From: an uncultured Candidatus Rokubacteria bacterium
Lineage (GTDB): Bacteria > Methylomirabilota > Methylomirabilia > Rokubacteriales > CSP1-6
Assembly: GCA_963754315.1 (NCBI GenBank)
Contig: CAVWFS010000008.1
Coordinates: 608,001-672,000, forward strand
Direction of reading: 5' to 3'
Length of the DNA stretch: 64,000 nt
Made by a program: the position numbers and the translations under genes. The notes under the pieces were generated by a model. That model ran no database searches. It was not told the origin of the DNA and saw nothing but the letters and a program-made list of their open reading frames with translations. This document shows, piece after piece, positions 39,391 to 49,322 of the stretch (the first letter of the stretch is position 1; the number at the start of each line of letters is the position of its first letter).

Positions 39391-39728
39391 GGCCGACCCG
39401 AAGCGCTGGATGGCCGTGACCGCCCCGCAGGGGGGCTGGCGGACGGGCGGGCGGCGCTCGCCGCGAGCCAGCCGAACACCCCATATAGGAACACCGAGAG
39501 GACATCGCCGGAGAGGCTCTACCTGAACGGCGTCATCCCCGAGGTGACGTGATGAACGCGCAGACCCTCCCTCGCGTGAAATGCCCAACCGGGACAACTT
39601 CATCAGGCGCCCCGCGCGGGGATCGCGATAGGCGGAGGACAGGAGGGGCAAGCCCTCGAGGTTCACGGGCCAGGCTGGATCGAGCGGTCCATCCTCTAGC
39701 ACACTGGTGTAAACGGCGGGATGTGGCG

Positions 39729-40144
39729 ATGCGTCAATCGCGTGTGCGAGTGCTTCCGATCCTCCTGGTTCTGGTCCTCCTGGCGGGCGAAACCAACGGG
39801 GCCACTGGTCACTGGCCGGCGGAGAACCTCCAGCCGCTCGTCGTAGGCTGGCAACAGTTTTTCCGGGTTCAGTGGGACGCCGGGCGACTCGAAGGCCAGC
39901 CCATCGTCGAGGGCTACGTCACGAACGTTTGGAACTTCCCGGCGCAGAAGATCCAGTTGCTCGTGAGCGGCTACGACGGCTCCGGCCGTCGGGTGGGTCA
40001 GCTCATCGCCTGGGGCCCGCGTCGGATCAACCCTGGCTCGCGCGTCTACTTCGACGTCCCGGTCCCTTCCGCGGCCTCGTACGACGTGGCGATCTTTGCG
40101 TGGGACTGGGTGCAGCGAGGCCCCGGCCGACGCTTGTCTCATGA
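39729..40144 (+). CDS. secreted FxLYD-like Ig-fold protein (true 3' end uncertain)
   Basis: Signal peptide, then WQQFFRVQW..VEGYVTN..IQLLVSGYD..YFDVPVP..AWDW; the in-frame stop only at 40700 is likely read-through from an indel. Confidence 0.6.
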
Positions 40145-40283
40145 GCTTCGGGGGCGGCCCCCGCTCCACGGTCGAGCGCTCGATGCGTCTGCTCGGCGAG
40201 CACGCGATGCCGCATTGCGCGGAGCCTCAGCCGGGATGAATGTTGCTCAGGGCGGCACGCTGATGTGCGGCGCCGCGCGCGGG

Positions 40284-40733
40284 TCAGCGGCGATGGTGGC
40301 GTCGCAGCAAATCCAGGTCGAAGAGGTCCTTGGGTCGACCGAGCGCTCGCTTGTTGCGAATCAATGCGTCGATTCCGATAACGGGAAAGGGTACGTCGCC
40401 GTATGTCGCTGCTGTCCGTATCGGCCAGGCCTCTTCGAATTCCACTCCCGTGATCGACGTCATGATATCGATCCGCCTGGGTGCCACGCCGATCTGAAAC
40501 ACGACATCAGGGGTGGAGAGGTCCGATTCCGCCAGATCGATCAGTGGCGCTCCGAATACCGCGAGTGCCTGGTGCACTCGCTGCGCGTTGTCAGGCGAGG
40601 GATCGATCCAGATGTCCAAGCCGCCGGTGGCGCGGGGCTCACTGTGATACGAGACGGCGTAGGCGCCGACGACGAGGAACCTAGCTTCCGCGTCGGATAA
40701 GGCGCGCAAGAGATCGCGAAAGTCCGGGTTCAC
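40284..40733 (-). CDS. nucleotidyltransferase-like protein (DUF6036 type)
   Basis: MNPDFRDLLRAL..FLVVGAYAV..PRATGGLDIWI..LIRNKRALGRPKDLFDL. Confidence 0.8.
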   Translation of the reverse strand: MNPDFRDLLRALSDAEARFLVVGAYAVSYHSEPRATGGLDIWIDPSPDNAQRVHQALAVFGAPLIDLAESDLSTPDVVFQIGVAPRRIDIMTSITGVEFEEAWPIRTAATYGDVPFPVIGIDALIRNKRALGRPKDLFDLDLLRRHHRR

Positions 40734-40887
40734 CGGGGTCCCAGCCCTTGAGCCGCCAGATCTCCTCGCTGAGCCGCCAGGTCTCGGCGAACCGTTCGTC
40801 CGGCGTGATCTGCGCCCAGAACTCCGTATCGATCTCCTCATCCGACCCGTGCCGGATGACCTTGCGGGCCGTCATCGCACGTTTCAT
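40681..40887 (-). CDS. small partner protein of the NTase (putative TA-like partner)
   Basis: 68 aa, DTEFWAQITPDERFAETWRLS; overlaps the NTase start. Confidence 0.65.
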   Translation of the reverse strand: MKRAMTARKVIRHGSDEEIDTEFWAQITPDERFAETWRLSEEIWRLKGWDPGEPGLSRSLARLIRRGS

Positions 40888-41029
40888 GGCGTCAGTCTAT
40901 CATCGGCGCTTCGGGGCGTTGCCCTCCGATCGAACCTCACCTTCACCGCCGACGCCGAATATGCGCTGGACCTGGCCAAACGGTCCGCCCGGCTCGAGGT
41001 CCTTAAGGCGATGCCGGAACGAGGTCCGC

Positions 41030-42316
41030 TCAACGCGGTGCTGGGCGAGGAGGGGATCGTCCAGCTCGCTCCAAGATCTCAATGATGCGCGCGACAAACC
41101 CACCGATTTGCGCCGAGTGGCGGTACGCAAAGGGCGCCTGTCGAGGCGCTAGAGGGCCCGGCGATCCAGGGGCGCCCCGGGTTGCCCTCGGCGTCTGCGA
41201 GCGTGGGTGGGCTTTGGGGGCTCGTTCGAGGCCCCCTGTGGAAATCGCCTCCTGTCGCAGGGCGTGGTCGGCCAGGACGAGAGCCGTCATGGCTTCGACC
41301 ATGGGCACCGCGCGGGGAAGGACGCATGGATCGTGTCGGCCACGCCCGCGGATGGTCGTGTCCTCGAGGTCGACGCTCACGGTGGCTTGCTCGTGCATGA
41401 TGGTGGCGGTCGGCTTGAAGCCGACCCGAAAGTAGATCGTCTCTCCGTTGCTGATTCCACCCTGCACGCCGCCGCTACGGTTGGTACGCGTGCGGACGCG
41501 ATCGCCGTCCATGCGGAACTCGTCGTTGTGCTCCAGTCCGGTCAGATCCGTGCCCGCGAAGCCGGAGCCGATCTCGAAGCCCTTGCTGGCGGGGAGACTG
41601 AGCACCGCCTTGGCCAGATCCGCCTCCAGCCGGTCGAACACAGGCTCGCCCCAGCCGGGCGGACAGCCCCGAGCAGCGCACGTCACGATGCCGCCCAGCG
41701 AGTTGCCGTCCTTGCGTGCCGCCTCGACGGCGGCAATCATCTCGGCGGCCATGGCCGGGTCCGGGCAGCGAATGGGCGTACGGTCGACCTCGGCCCGGCA
41801 CACGCGTTCGAGGTCGGCCTCGGCCACCAGACGCCCAACCTTGGAAACCCAGGCCACGATCTCCACCCCGTAGCGTTCGGCCAGGAGCTTGCGCGCGATG
41901 GCGCCCGCGGCCACCCGCCCCGCCGTCTCGCGGGCGCTGGTGCGCCCGCCACCCCGCCAGTCGCGGATGCCGTACTTGGCGTCGTAGGTATAGTCGGCGT
42001 GGCTCGGCCGGTATTTTTCCTGGATTTCCCGGTAGTCGCCCGGCCGCATGTCCTCGTTGGGAATCAGCAGGCTGATTGGGGTCCCCAGGGTCTTCCCCTC
42101 GAACACCCCGGAGAGGATGCGAACGGTGTCGGACTCTTTGCGCTGGGTGACGATCGCGCTTTGGCCAGGAGCGCGGCGATCGAGATCGGGCTGGATGTCG
42201 GCTTCGGACAGCTCCAGGAGCGCCGGGCAGCCGTCCACCACCACCCCGATGGCAGCCCCGTGGGATTCTCCCCATGTCGTCACGCGAAAGACAGTCCCGA
42301 AGCTATTGCCCGGCAA
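41030..42316 (-). CDS. aroC: chorismate synthase with repeat-derived C-terminal tail
   Basis: [50 protein letters not shown] start. Confidence 0.95.
   Translation of the reverse strand: MPGNSFGTVFRVTTWGESHGAAIGVVVDGCPALLELSEADIQPDLDRRAPGQSAIVTQRKESDTVRILSGVFEGKTLGTPISLLIPNEDMRPGDYREIQEKYRPSHADYTYDAKYGIRDWRGGGRTSARETAGRVAAGAIARKLLAERYGVEIVAWVSKVGRLVAEADLERVCRAEVDRTPIRCPDPAMAAEMIAAVEAARKDGNSLGGIVTCAARGCPPGWGEPVFDRLEADLAKAVLSLPASKGFEIGSGFAGTDLTGLEHNDEFRMDGDRVRTRTNRSGGVQGGISNGETIYFRVGFKPTATIMHEQATVSVDLEDTTIRGRGRHDPCVLPRAVPMVEAMTALVLADHALRQEAISTGGLERAPKAHPRSQTPRATRGAPGSPGPLAPRQAPFAYRHSAQIGGFVARIIEILERAGRSPPRPAPR
41149..41236 (+). repeat. dispersed copy of the CTAG-bounded repeat inside the aroC 3' end
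   Basis: ctag...gatccaggggcgccccgggttgccc...cgagcgtgggtgggctttgggggctcgttcgaggccccc aligns with array units. Confidence 0.8.
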
Positions 42317-42375
42317 CTAGCCTCCCAACCCCCCGCTCGATCAGGGCCCCCGGGACCCCGGGGGCGCCCTCTCGG
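42317..42375 (-). repeat. inverted, partial copy of the repeat immediately upstream of aroC
   Basis: Reverse complement reads ccgagagggcgccccggggtcccggggg...cgagcggggggttgggaggctag; its GGAGG is the aroC RBS. Confidence 0.7.
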
Positions 42376-42653
42376 CCTCCTTCAGAATACGATAGGCCAC
42401 GGCGTGGTGTCGCCCTCGCTGAGAGCTGCCGGTTACGCTCCGCCTTTGGCGGTCCAGCGACCGGGTGAAGCAGGCCGGGGGACGTGGATCCAATGCCGGA
42501 TGCCGGGCTGTGCGGGGAGAATCTCCATGCACGTGCCCGGCTGCCATCCACATGAAGATGCACGCATCTACTGATGGATGCTGGCATCCTGTGGCAGGTG
42601 CCGGCGTTAAACGCAAGGAGAGGGAGGAGACAACGACATCGTAGAATCGGCCG

Positions 42654-42927
42654 ATGCGGGTAACCTGGGATCCGCACAAGGCTACTGCGAACGCCAGGAA
42701 GCACAAGGTATCCTTCGAGGAGGCGAGCAGCGTGCTGGCTGATCCTCTTGCCATCACGGGTGCCGACCCCGATCATTCGATCGACGAGACCCGATGGATC
42801 ACGTTCGGAGTCGTCGAACCGTTCGCGGCTGCTCGCCGTTTCCCACACCGACGAGGGCGACACCATTCGTATCATCAGCGCCCGGGCGGCGACACGCCCA
42901 GAACGTAGGCTTTATGAAGAAGGCTAG
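42654..42927 (+). CDS. BrnT-family toxin (DUF497; frameshift near 42810)
   Basis: MRVTWDPHKATANARKHKVSFEEA..DPDHS..RWITFG, then shifted RLLAVSHTDEGDTIRIISARAATRPERRLYEEG*. Confidence 0.85.
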
Positions 42928-43164
42928 ACCCCTGCCAAGGATGATCTCCGCCGGTCGTATAAGCGCTCCGACTTCCCCGCGGGCTTCACACGCGGCAAAC
43001 ATGCTGCTCGCCTCGCGGCAGGCTCAAACGTGGTCGTTCTGAGTCCCGAGAATTCGACTGCTTTCCCGACGTCGGACGCCGTGAACGAAGCCTTGAACGG
43101 ATTGCTGCGCGTGGCGAAGTCCAAGCGTCTAACGAGCCGTTCGAGCGGCCGCCGTTCGAGGTAG
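42914..43164 (+). CDS. cognate antitoxin (BrnA-like; frameshift near 42932)
   Basis: MKKARP, then shifted DDLRRSYKRSDFPAGFTRGKHAARLAAGSNVVVLSPE..AFPTSDAVNEALNGLL; overlaps the toxin stop. Confidence 0.75.
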
Positions 43165-43210
43165 TGTGCCGACACTCACCGTCGGCGCGGCTCAACGGCC
43201 AACGTTAACT
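43127..43210 (+). mobile_element. attC recombination site (84 bp)
   Basis: R'' GTCTAAC; gccgttCgagc pairs with gctcaacggc leaving one extrahelical base; R' GTTAACT. Confidence 0.8.
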
Positions 43211-43750
43211 TCAAGAAACGGCTGGAACGACGTGAGTGCTCCTTAGACAACCGGTTGCTTCGAGTTCAACGATAGTTCCAAATGTCGTCGAACAGCTCGT
43301 GAGGGACCGGTGATTCAGGCGGAGGGTCGAATCCGCCGGTGGGCGTCGATCGCCCGAGAGATGCGATAGGCAGATACCTCCGCGAGGCTCTGCCCGATGG
43401 CGAGACGGCACCGCCGAACGCTCGGTTCCAGCCATGAAGGCGAGACTTTCAAGACATCGATACCGCTCTAATCGAGTTCAGGACCGGTGACAGCTTCAAC
43501 GAGTGATGAGAACACACAGCTGATCGATGCTGAGGCAATCTTACTATCGAACATGCGCGACGCGCTGACCTCAACGCTCGTGAACAGTCCCTGACTTCAA
43601 CCGGCGGCAACGGCGACAGTGGGCTCGCCATGCTCGCGGCCGGCCCGCTGGCTTGCTTCGGCCAAAGAGGAGCCTAACCGCTGAAACCGGGTTGCGAGGG
43701 AGCCAGACGGGATGTGTGGGTTGGCCCCCGGAGCTACGGCGTTGTTCCAA

Positions 43751-44002
43751 GTGAACGAAGAAGACGAAAAAGGTGAGGGAGGGCTCCCGCGAGCGCTTTC
43801 ATCGTTAATTCGAGATGTCGGATGCCTCGCCTGCAGGCCAAGCTCGACCGATGAACTCGGCCGCGGTGACCGCGCCGCCCGGAGCCGTGTCCTCAGATAT
43901 CAGCGACGTCCTGGCGGCCCATGCGACCGGCTATGCTGTGGGCGGTAGGGTGAACGAAGTAAACGAAGAAAGGTGGGGGGCACTTACTTCGTTCAATCTC
44001 GT
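43751..44002 (+). repeat. two related A-rich imperfect hairpins (43751-43813, 43950-44002)
   Basis: gtgaacgaagaagacgaaaaaggtg...ctttcatcgttaattcg and gtgaacgaagtaaacgaagaaaggtg...ttacttcgttcaatctcg. Confidence 0.65.
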
Positions 44003-44091
44003 GCCCGTCGGGTGAACAGGAGCCGCGAGGGTCGCCTGCCGTTTCAGACCCATCGCCGCCTGCCCTGCTCCGCGCGGCCGGGCTGACACAT

Positions 44092-44120
44092 TTGACACGA
44101 TGAGACAATTCTGATACTGT
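44092..44120 (+). promoter_or_regulatory. sigma-70 promoter with overlapping GACA direct repeats
   Basis: TTGACA-N17-TACTGT with extended TGn; tgacaca/tgacacg/agacaa repeats; GTG start at 44128. Confidence 0.65.
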
Positions 44121-44127
44121 CGGTCCC

Positions 44128-44419
44128 GTGGCCAAGCACGAGAGGTCTGCCGTGAGTGTCGCCGAGGCCGGACGCTTGCTGGGTGTTTCCCGCTCGACGA
44201 TCTGGCGGATGATTCGCCGGGGCGACCTGCCAAGCATCCGCCAGGGCGGTCGCCGTCTCGTTCTGGCCGACGCGTTGCGTGCGAGCTCGACGAGGACCCT
44301 GAGAAAGAGCGTGCCGCCACTGAGCAAGGACCACCCGATCTTCCGCCTCGTCGGGGCCGGTCGGGAGCGGCGGGAACCCGCCAGGTGCCCGCGACAAGCA
44401 CGCGATCCTCGACCAGTGA
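44128..44419 (+). CDS. excisionase-like (HTH_17) antitoxin (frameshift near 44365)
   Basis: SVAEAGRLLGVSRSTIWRMIRRGDLPS; corrected tail GRSGGNPPGARDKHAILDQ* overlaps the PIN GTG. Confidence 0.7.
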
Positions 44420-44676
44420 GAAGAGGCGTCCTGTGGGATTCGAGCGCCGTGCTGGCTCTGCTGGACGCCGCCGTCATCCGCGTCCTCCCTGAGGAGGAGG
44501 CGCAGGCCAAGGCCATCCTGGCTCGCCACCAGGACAAGGACTGGAGCCTCTGCGATGCGATCTCCTTCGCCGTCCTGGAGGCGCGTGGCGTGCGAACGGC
44601 GTTCACCTTCGACCAGCACTTTCGCCAATACGGACGATTCGATATTCTCGGGCCTGACGCCAGGTCGAAAAGATGA
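44416..44676 (+). pseudogene. PIN-domain (VapC-like) toxin with internal deletion
   Basis: VLWDSSAVLALLD joined directly to VIRVLPEE..KDWSLCDAISFAV..AFTFDQHF; only 86 aa. Confidence 0.7.
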
Positions 44677-44752
44677 GATGGTTCCTCTGCGAGCCCGGCG
44701 CGCGTCCCGACGTGACGAGCGGCCGGGAGATCTGTCGCTTTCGAGGAGGCTT

Positions 44753-45160
44753 ATGAGCGCGCTAGCGCCCGGATTGAAGCACTCGCAGTCCGTGACGGTC
44801 ACGACAGAGATGACCCCGCCGCATCTGCGGGGGGAACCCATCCGGGTGCTGGCCACCCCGGAGATGGTACGGCTGGTCGAGCAGACGGCGATCAGCGCCG
44901 TGCAGCCCCTGCTCAAGGCGGGTCAGACCACGGTCGGCACGAAAGTGAACATCGCGCATCTGGCCGCCACCCCCGAGGGGATGAAAGCCACGATCACGGT
45001 GGAGCTGACCGAGGTGGACCGACGCCGGCTGAGCTTCCGCTTCGAGGTGCACGACGAGGTGGAGAAGGTGGGCGAGGGCACGCACGAACGCTTCATCGTG
45101 GATCCCGAGATGCGGATGCCACGCCTGCAGACCAAGCTCGACGCCTGGCGGAAACGCTAG
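44753..45160 (+). CDS. FlK-like hotdog thioesterase
   Basis: VLATPEMVRLVE, TVGT, HLAATP, GTHERFIV. Confidence 0.85.
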   Translation: MSALAPGLKHSQSVTVTTEMTPPHLRGEPIRVLATPEMVRLVEQTAISAVQPLLKAGQTTVGTKVNIAHLAATPEGMKATITVELTEVDRRRLSFRFEVHDEVEKVGEGTHERFIVDPEMRMPRLQTKLDAWRKR

Positions 45161-45170
45161 CTCCGACTGG

Positions 45171-47211
45171 CTATCCCTGGGCTGCCGCGACTTCGACGGT
45201 CGCGTCGAATGCGGACTGGCCGGCCGAGAACGGGAAGAGATCCACGGCCTCGTCGGGGAGGACCGCCTGTCCCGACGTCAAGCGGTTCAGCCCCTGCCAG
45301 CCGTCGTGCATCCACACCGTTCCAGCGGGAATCTTCGCGGTGACGCGCGCGCGGGCGCGCAACTCGCCCCGCTCGTTGTAAATCCGAATGGCGGCGCCGT
45401 CGCCGAGCCCGCGGGTGTGCGGCATCGGCGGGCGCGATCCAGAGCTCCGGCTCCGGATCGGCCTTGACCAGCGAGGGTAGGGCACGACCGTGATCGTAGA
45501 AGGCGTGGAAATGGGTGAGTGACCGGCCTTGCTGGAAGACGAGTGGGTAGCGCGCAGAGGACGGCGGCTCGTACATGGGTAACGCGGGCAGACCCAGCGC
45601 TCGCGCCCGCTCGGAGACGAACTCGACCTTCCCCGAGGGCGTATCGAAGACGCGGTCGGGGTACGCCACGTGGGAAATGCGCAACGCCCGAAAGCCGCCT
45701 TCGGCCCGCAGAGCGGCTACCGTGGCGTGCCCGGTCGCGGGATGATCGAGGAGGGTGTCGAGCAGGTCCTCCGCGGATGTCCACGGATAGAAATCCTCGA
45801 GGCCGAGGCGTCGCGCGAGCTCCTTGAGAACCCACGATCCCGAGCGCGTTTCGCCGGGCGGATCGAGGACCTGCGGCATCAGATAGAGATGGGTGTTGGT
45901 GCTCTTGCACCCGAGCTCCTCCAACCACGAGGTGCTGGGAAGTACCACATCGGCGAAGCGGCGTGCCGTGTCGTTCATGAACAGCTCGTAACTCACCACG
46001 AGATCCTGGCGGGCGAGTCCTGCTTCCAGCCGGCCCGTGTCGGCGAAGGACGACAGCATGTCCGTTCCGAAGAGCAGGAGGGCTCGCACGTGGCCCTCGC
46101 TGAGCGCCCCGAGCATGCTCGACATCTGGTTGGGGATGTAGCGGCCAGGAGGTCGCCGCTCGAGAGCCACGATGCTCGCCAGGCCTTGACCATGAGAGGC
46201 GCTGCCGTGGCGCGGGCCGAGGCCGCCTCCGGCGACACCAAGGTTGCCGGTGAGGGCCGGCAGACAGCCGACGGCTCGCGCCGCCTGCCAGCTATTGGGC
46301 CCCTTGTGCATCGAGCTCCCGCCCAGCACGATCATGGCGGGCTTCGTGGACGCGTACTCGCGCGCGAGGGCTACGATGCGCTGCGCGGCAATCCCGGTTA
46401 CCTCTTCTGCCCACTGAGGCGTGTGACGGCCGAGATCCGCGGCCAGCTCGTCGAAGCCCTGGGTATGCTGGGTCACGAATTCACGGTCGTACAGTTTCTC
46501 GCCGACGATCACGTGCATCATGCCGAGGGCCAGCGCGGAGTCCGTGCCGGGCCGCAGGAGGAATGTTTCATCGGACAGAGCCGCCGCTTCGGTCTCGCGC
46601 ACGTCGATGGTGACCACGCGGGCCCCGCGCCGCTTGGCGGCCGCCAGGTGGCGTCCCGTGTTCGGCTGGCTGGCGAGGTTGGCTCCCCACAGGAGGATGA
46701 ATGACGCGTGGGCCCCCATGTCTTCCTTGGTGTTCGTCTCCAGCACGCCCGTGAGGCCGAGGCCGAAGGCGCCGAGCCCCCAGCAGATCATGGTGGGATT
46801 CCACCATTGACAGCCGTACAGGTTGGCAAAACGGCGGAGCAGATGGGAGTTGATGCGGGTGCCGTAGTTGTTGGCAAAAAAGCCGTGCCCGGACCAGGTG
46901 GCCACCGCCTCCCGTCCCACCGCCTGCATCCCCGTGGCGATCCGGTCGAGCGCCTCGTCCCAGGTCACCTGGCGCCAGGCGCCGCTCCGGTGTGACCGGA
47001 CCAGGGGATGGAGCAAGCGCAGGGGGTTGTCGATGATCTCGCGCGAGGCCTGGCCACGCACACAGAGAAATCCCTGGCTGTCGGGATTGTCTTTGTCTCC
47101 GCTGACTCGAAGGAGTTTCCCGGCCTCGATCTCGACCAGCATGCCGCACAGGGTGGGATGGCAGTTCATGGGGCACATGGTCCGGATCACGTGGCGGCCT
47201 GTGTCACTCAT
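45171..47211 (-). CDS. molybdopterin-dependent oxidoreductase, DMSO reductase family (frameshift near 45418)
   Basis: CPMNCHPTLC Fe-S motif, LRPGTD, ADVVLP, TPSGKVEF; C-terminal domain in ORF 45171-45485. Confidence 0.88.
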
Positions 47212-47230
47212 GCCCTACACCATACCGCGA

Positions 47231-48454
47231 CTACCCCACCGAGGGGGTCCGTACGTGTTCGGGCCGCACGCCGAGACCGATGAGCCGGGCGGGGATGCGG
47301 CGAAGGAAGGGGAAGGTCGTCAGCAGGCGCAACACCCTGGGCGGGCGCAACTCACCGGAGGTCGCCAGAACTCGAGTGATCACCCGATTCTGGATCAGGA
47401 CCTGAAACCTCTGGGTGAGGCGGGTGGGTAGCTCACGCCGCCGCTGCACGCGGCGAAGGTGCTCGGCGGTGATCCGTCCCGCGCGAAGAGGCTCCACGAG
47501 GAGATTGGCGGTGGCCACCGCATCCTGGATGGCGAGATTGATCCCGACACCGCCCACCGGGGACATCGCATGCGCCGAATCGCCGATGCAGAGCAGGCCC
47601 GGGCGATACCACCGGTCGAGCCGGTCTACCTGCACCGTCAAGAGCTTCACGTCGTCCCACGCGGAGATCTCGTCGACTCGGTCGGCGAGGTAGGGTGCCA
47701 GCGCCGCCACCGCGGCGCGGAAGGGCCCGAGACCGCGCTGCCGGATCGCCTCGAGCGCGCCCTTGGGGATCACGTAGCCGCACTGCCAGTGTTCCCCGCG
47801 GTTGATCGCGATGAAGATGCGCCCGACGTCGAAGCGACCCATCGTCTGGGCGGGATCGGTGGCCCGCCGCGACAGCCGGAACCACAACACATCTATCGGC
47901 GCTCCCAGCTCGCGCACGCGGAGGCCAGCTCTCTCGCGAACGATCGAGCCTCGCCCATCGGCGCCCACTACCAGCGCCGCGCTGACCTCGATCGGGCCTT
48001 CCGGACCGATCGCTCGCACGCCGACCACGCGGTCGGACTGCTCGATCAGGTCCGTGGCCTCGGTCGAGAGACGCAGGTGGAACCCAGGATAGCGAGCGGC
48101 GCGCGCGGCCAGAAAGTTCAGGAAGTCCCACTGCGGCATGAACGCGATGAACTTGCAACGGGTCGGGAGGTGGCTGAAATCAGCGATGACGACGGGGAAG
48201 CGTCCGACCTGTCCGATGAGCTGCTGAACCTGCTGGTGCGGCAGCTTCAAGAACTCGTCGAGGAGCCCCAGCTCGTGCATCAGCTCGAGCGTGGACGGGT
48301 GGATGGTGTCGCCCCGAAAGTCGCGGAGAAAATCGGAGTGCTTCTCGAGAACCGCGACCTGCAGTCCGGCCCGCGCGAGCAGGAATCCCAGCATCATGCC
48401 GGCGGGGCCCCCGCCCACGACGCAGCACTGCACCGAGATTCTGTCGATGGCCAT
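47231..48454 (-). CDS. FAD-dependent oxidoreductase (UbiH-like)
   Basis: VVGGGPAG, DFRGDTIHP, GADGR, IGDSAHAMSPVGGVGINLAIQDA. Confidence 0.9.
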   Translation of the reverse strand: MAIDRISVQCCVVGGGPAGMMLGFLLARAGLQVAVLEKHSDFLRDFRGDTIHPSTLELMHELGLLDEFLKLPHQQVQQLIGQVGRFPVVIADFSHLPTRCKFIAFMPQWDFLNFLAARAARYPGFHLRLSTEATDLIEQSDRVVGVRAIGPEGPIEVSAALVVGADGRGSIVRERAGLRVRELGAPIDVLWFRLSRRATDPAQTMGRFDVGRIFIAINRGEHWQCGYVIPKGALEAIRQRGLGPFRAAVAALAPYLADRVDEISAWDDVKLLTVQVDRLDRWYRPGLLCIGDSAHAMSPVGGVGINLAIQDAVATANLLVEPLRAGRITAEHLRRVQRRRELPTRLTQRFQVLIQNRVITRVLATSGELRPPRVLRLLTTFPFLRRIPARLIGLGVRPEHVRTPSVG

Positions 48455-48492
48455 CAGGAGGTCGGGAGGGCGTAAGCCCGCCTGGGGTGTGG

Positions 48493-49215
48493 TTACGCAC
48501 GTCCATAGACGGGGATGGCCGCGCCGCTGATGATCCGCGCATCCGGGCCGACGAGGAAGAGGATCACCTTGGCGATCTCTTCTGGTTTCACCCAGCGGCT
48601 GGCATCCTCGCCGGGGCTGTTCTGCCGGTTGGCCGGCGTATCGATCACGCTGGGCAGAATCGCGTTGGCGGTGACGTTGCGGTCGCGCAGCTCGGCCGCC
48701 AGCGCCTCCGTCAGCTGGAGAACGGCGCGCTTGGCGGCCGCGTAGGCGGCGAGGTGAGCCGCGGGCTGGGTTGCCGTGCGTGTGCTCACGTTGACGATGG
48801 CGCCGCCGCCACGGGCCAGCATGTGCGGTACCGCCGCCGCGCAGGAGAGGACTGCCGTCTTGAGATTCAGCTCGAGCTGCTGCTGCCACAGCGACCAGGG
48901 TGTCTCGTGGACGGGCTTGCCGCCTCCGAAGCCGCCCGCGAGATTCACGAGGATATCCACGCCTCCGCGCTGCCGCGCGACGTCGGCGTAATAGTGGGTG
49001 ACGGCCGCGTCGTCGGTGAGGTCGAGACGAGTCCCGCCCAAGCTCGCGGAAGCGGAAAGACCGGCCCGGTCGCGGAGCTTCTCGAGATCGCCCTCGAACT
49101 GGTAGGGCACCACGACGGCAGCGCCAGCCTCCAGCAGCGCTTTGACCACGGCTCCGCCGAGAGCGCCGGCGCCGCCGGTGACGATCGCCGTCTTGTCGTC
49201 GAGCTGGCCCATCAT
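48493..49215 (-). CDS. SDR-family oxidoreductase
   Basis: TGGAGALG, YAAAK, LPSVIDTP. Confidence 0.9.
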   Translation of the reverse strand: MMGQLDDKTAIVTGGAGALGGAVVKALLEAGAAVVVPYQFEGDLEKLRDRAGLSASASLGGTRLDLTDDAAVTHYYADVARQRGGVDILVNLAGGFGGGKPVHETPWSLWQQQLELNLKTAVLSCAAAVPHMLARGGGAIVNVSTRTATQPAAHLAAYAAAKRAVLQLTEALAAELRDRNVTANAILPSVIDTPANRQNSPGEDASRWVKPEEIAKVILFLVGPDARIISGAAIPVYGRA

Positions 49216-49322
49216 CGCCTCCTTGCCTGCATCGCGTGCATACTAACCGAACCTTGTCGAAGGTGGAGCGCCTGCTGTAGTCTCGCGCCACCGAGGAGAC
49301 CACCCATGAGAGCGGATCGCGT

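Larger units (their letters stand above)
42606..43210 (+). mobile_element. integron gene cassette carrying a BrnT/BrnA-type TA pair
   Basis: Starts at the core site GTTAAAC (42606-42612) and ends with attC 43127-43210. Confidence 0.75.

Noticed and set aside
40849..41085. 78-aa plus-strand ORF (possible gene fragment)
   Set aside because: No family recognisable and no clear start; cannot support a call
42520..42612. Complete upstream attC before the TA cassette
   Set aside because: The GTTAAAC core is present, but no matching RYYYAAC left end is visible; at most a truncated site
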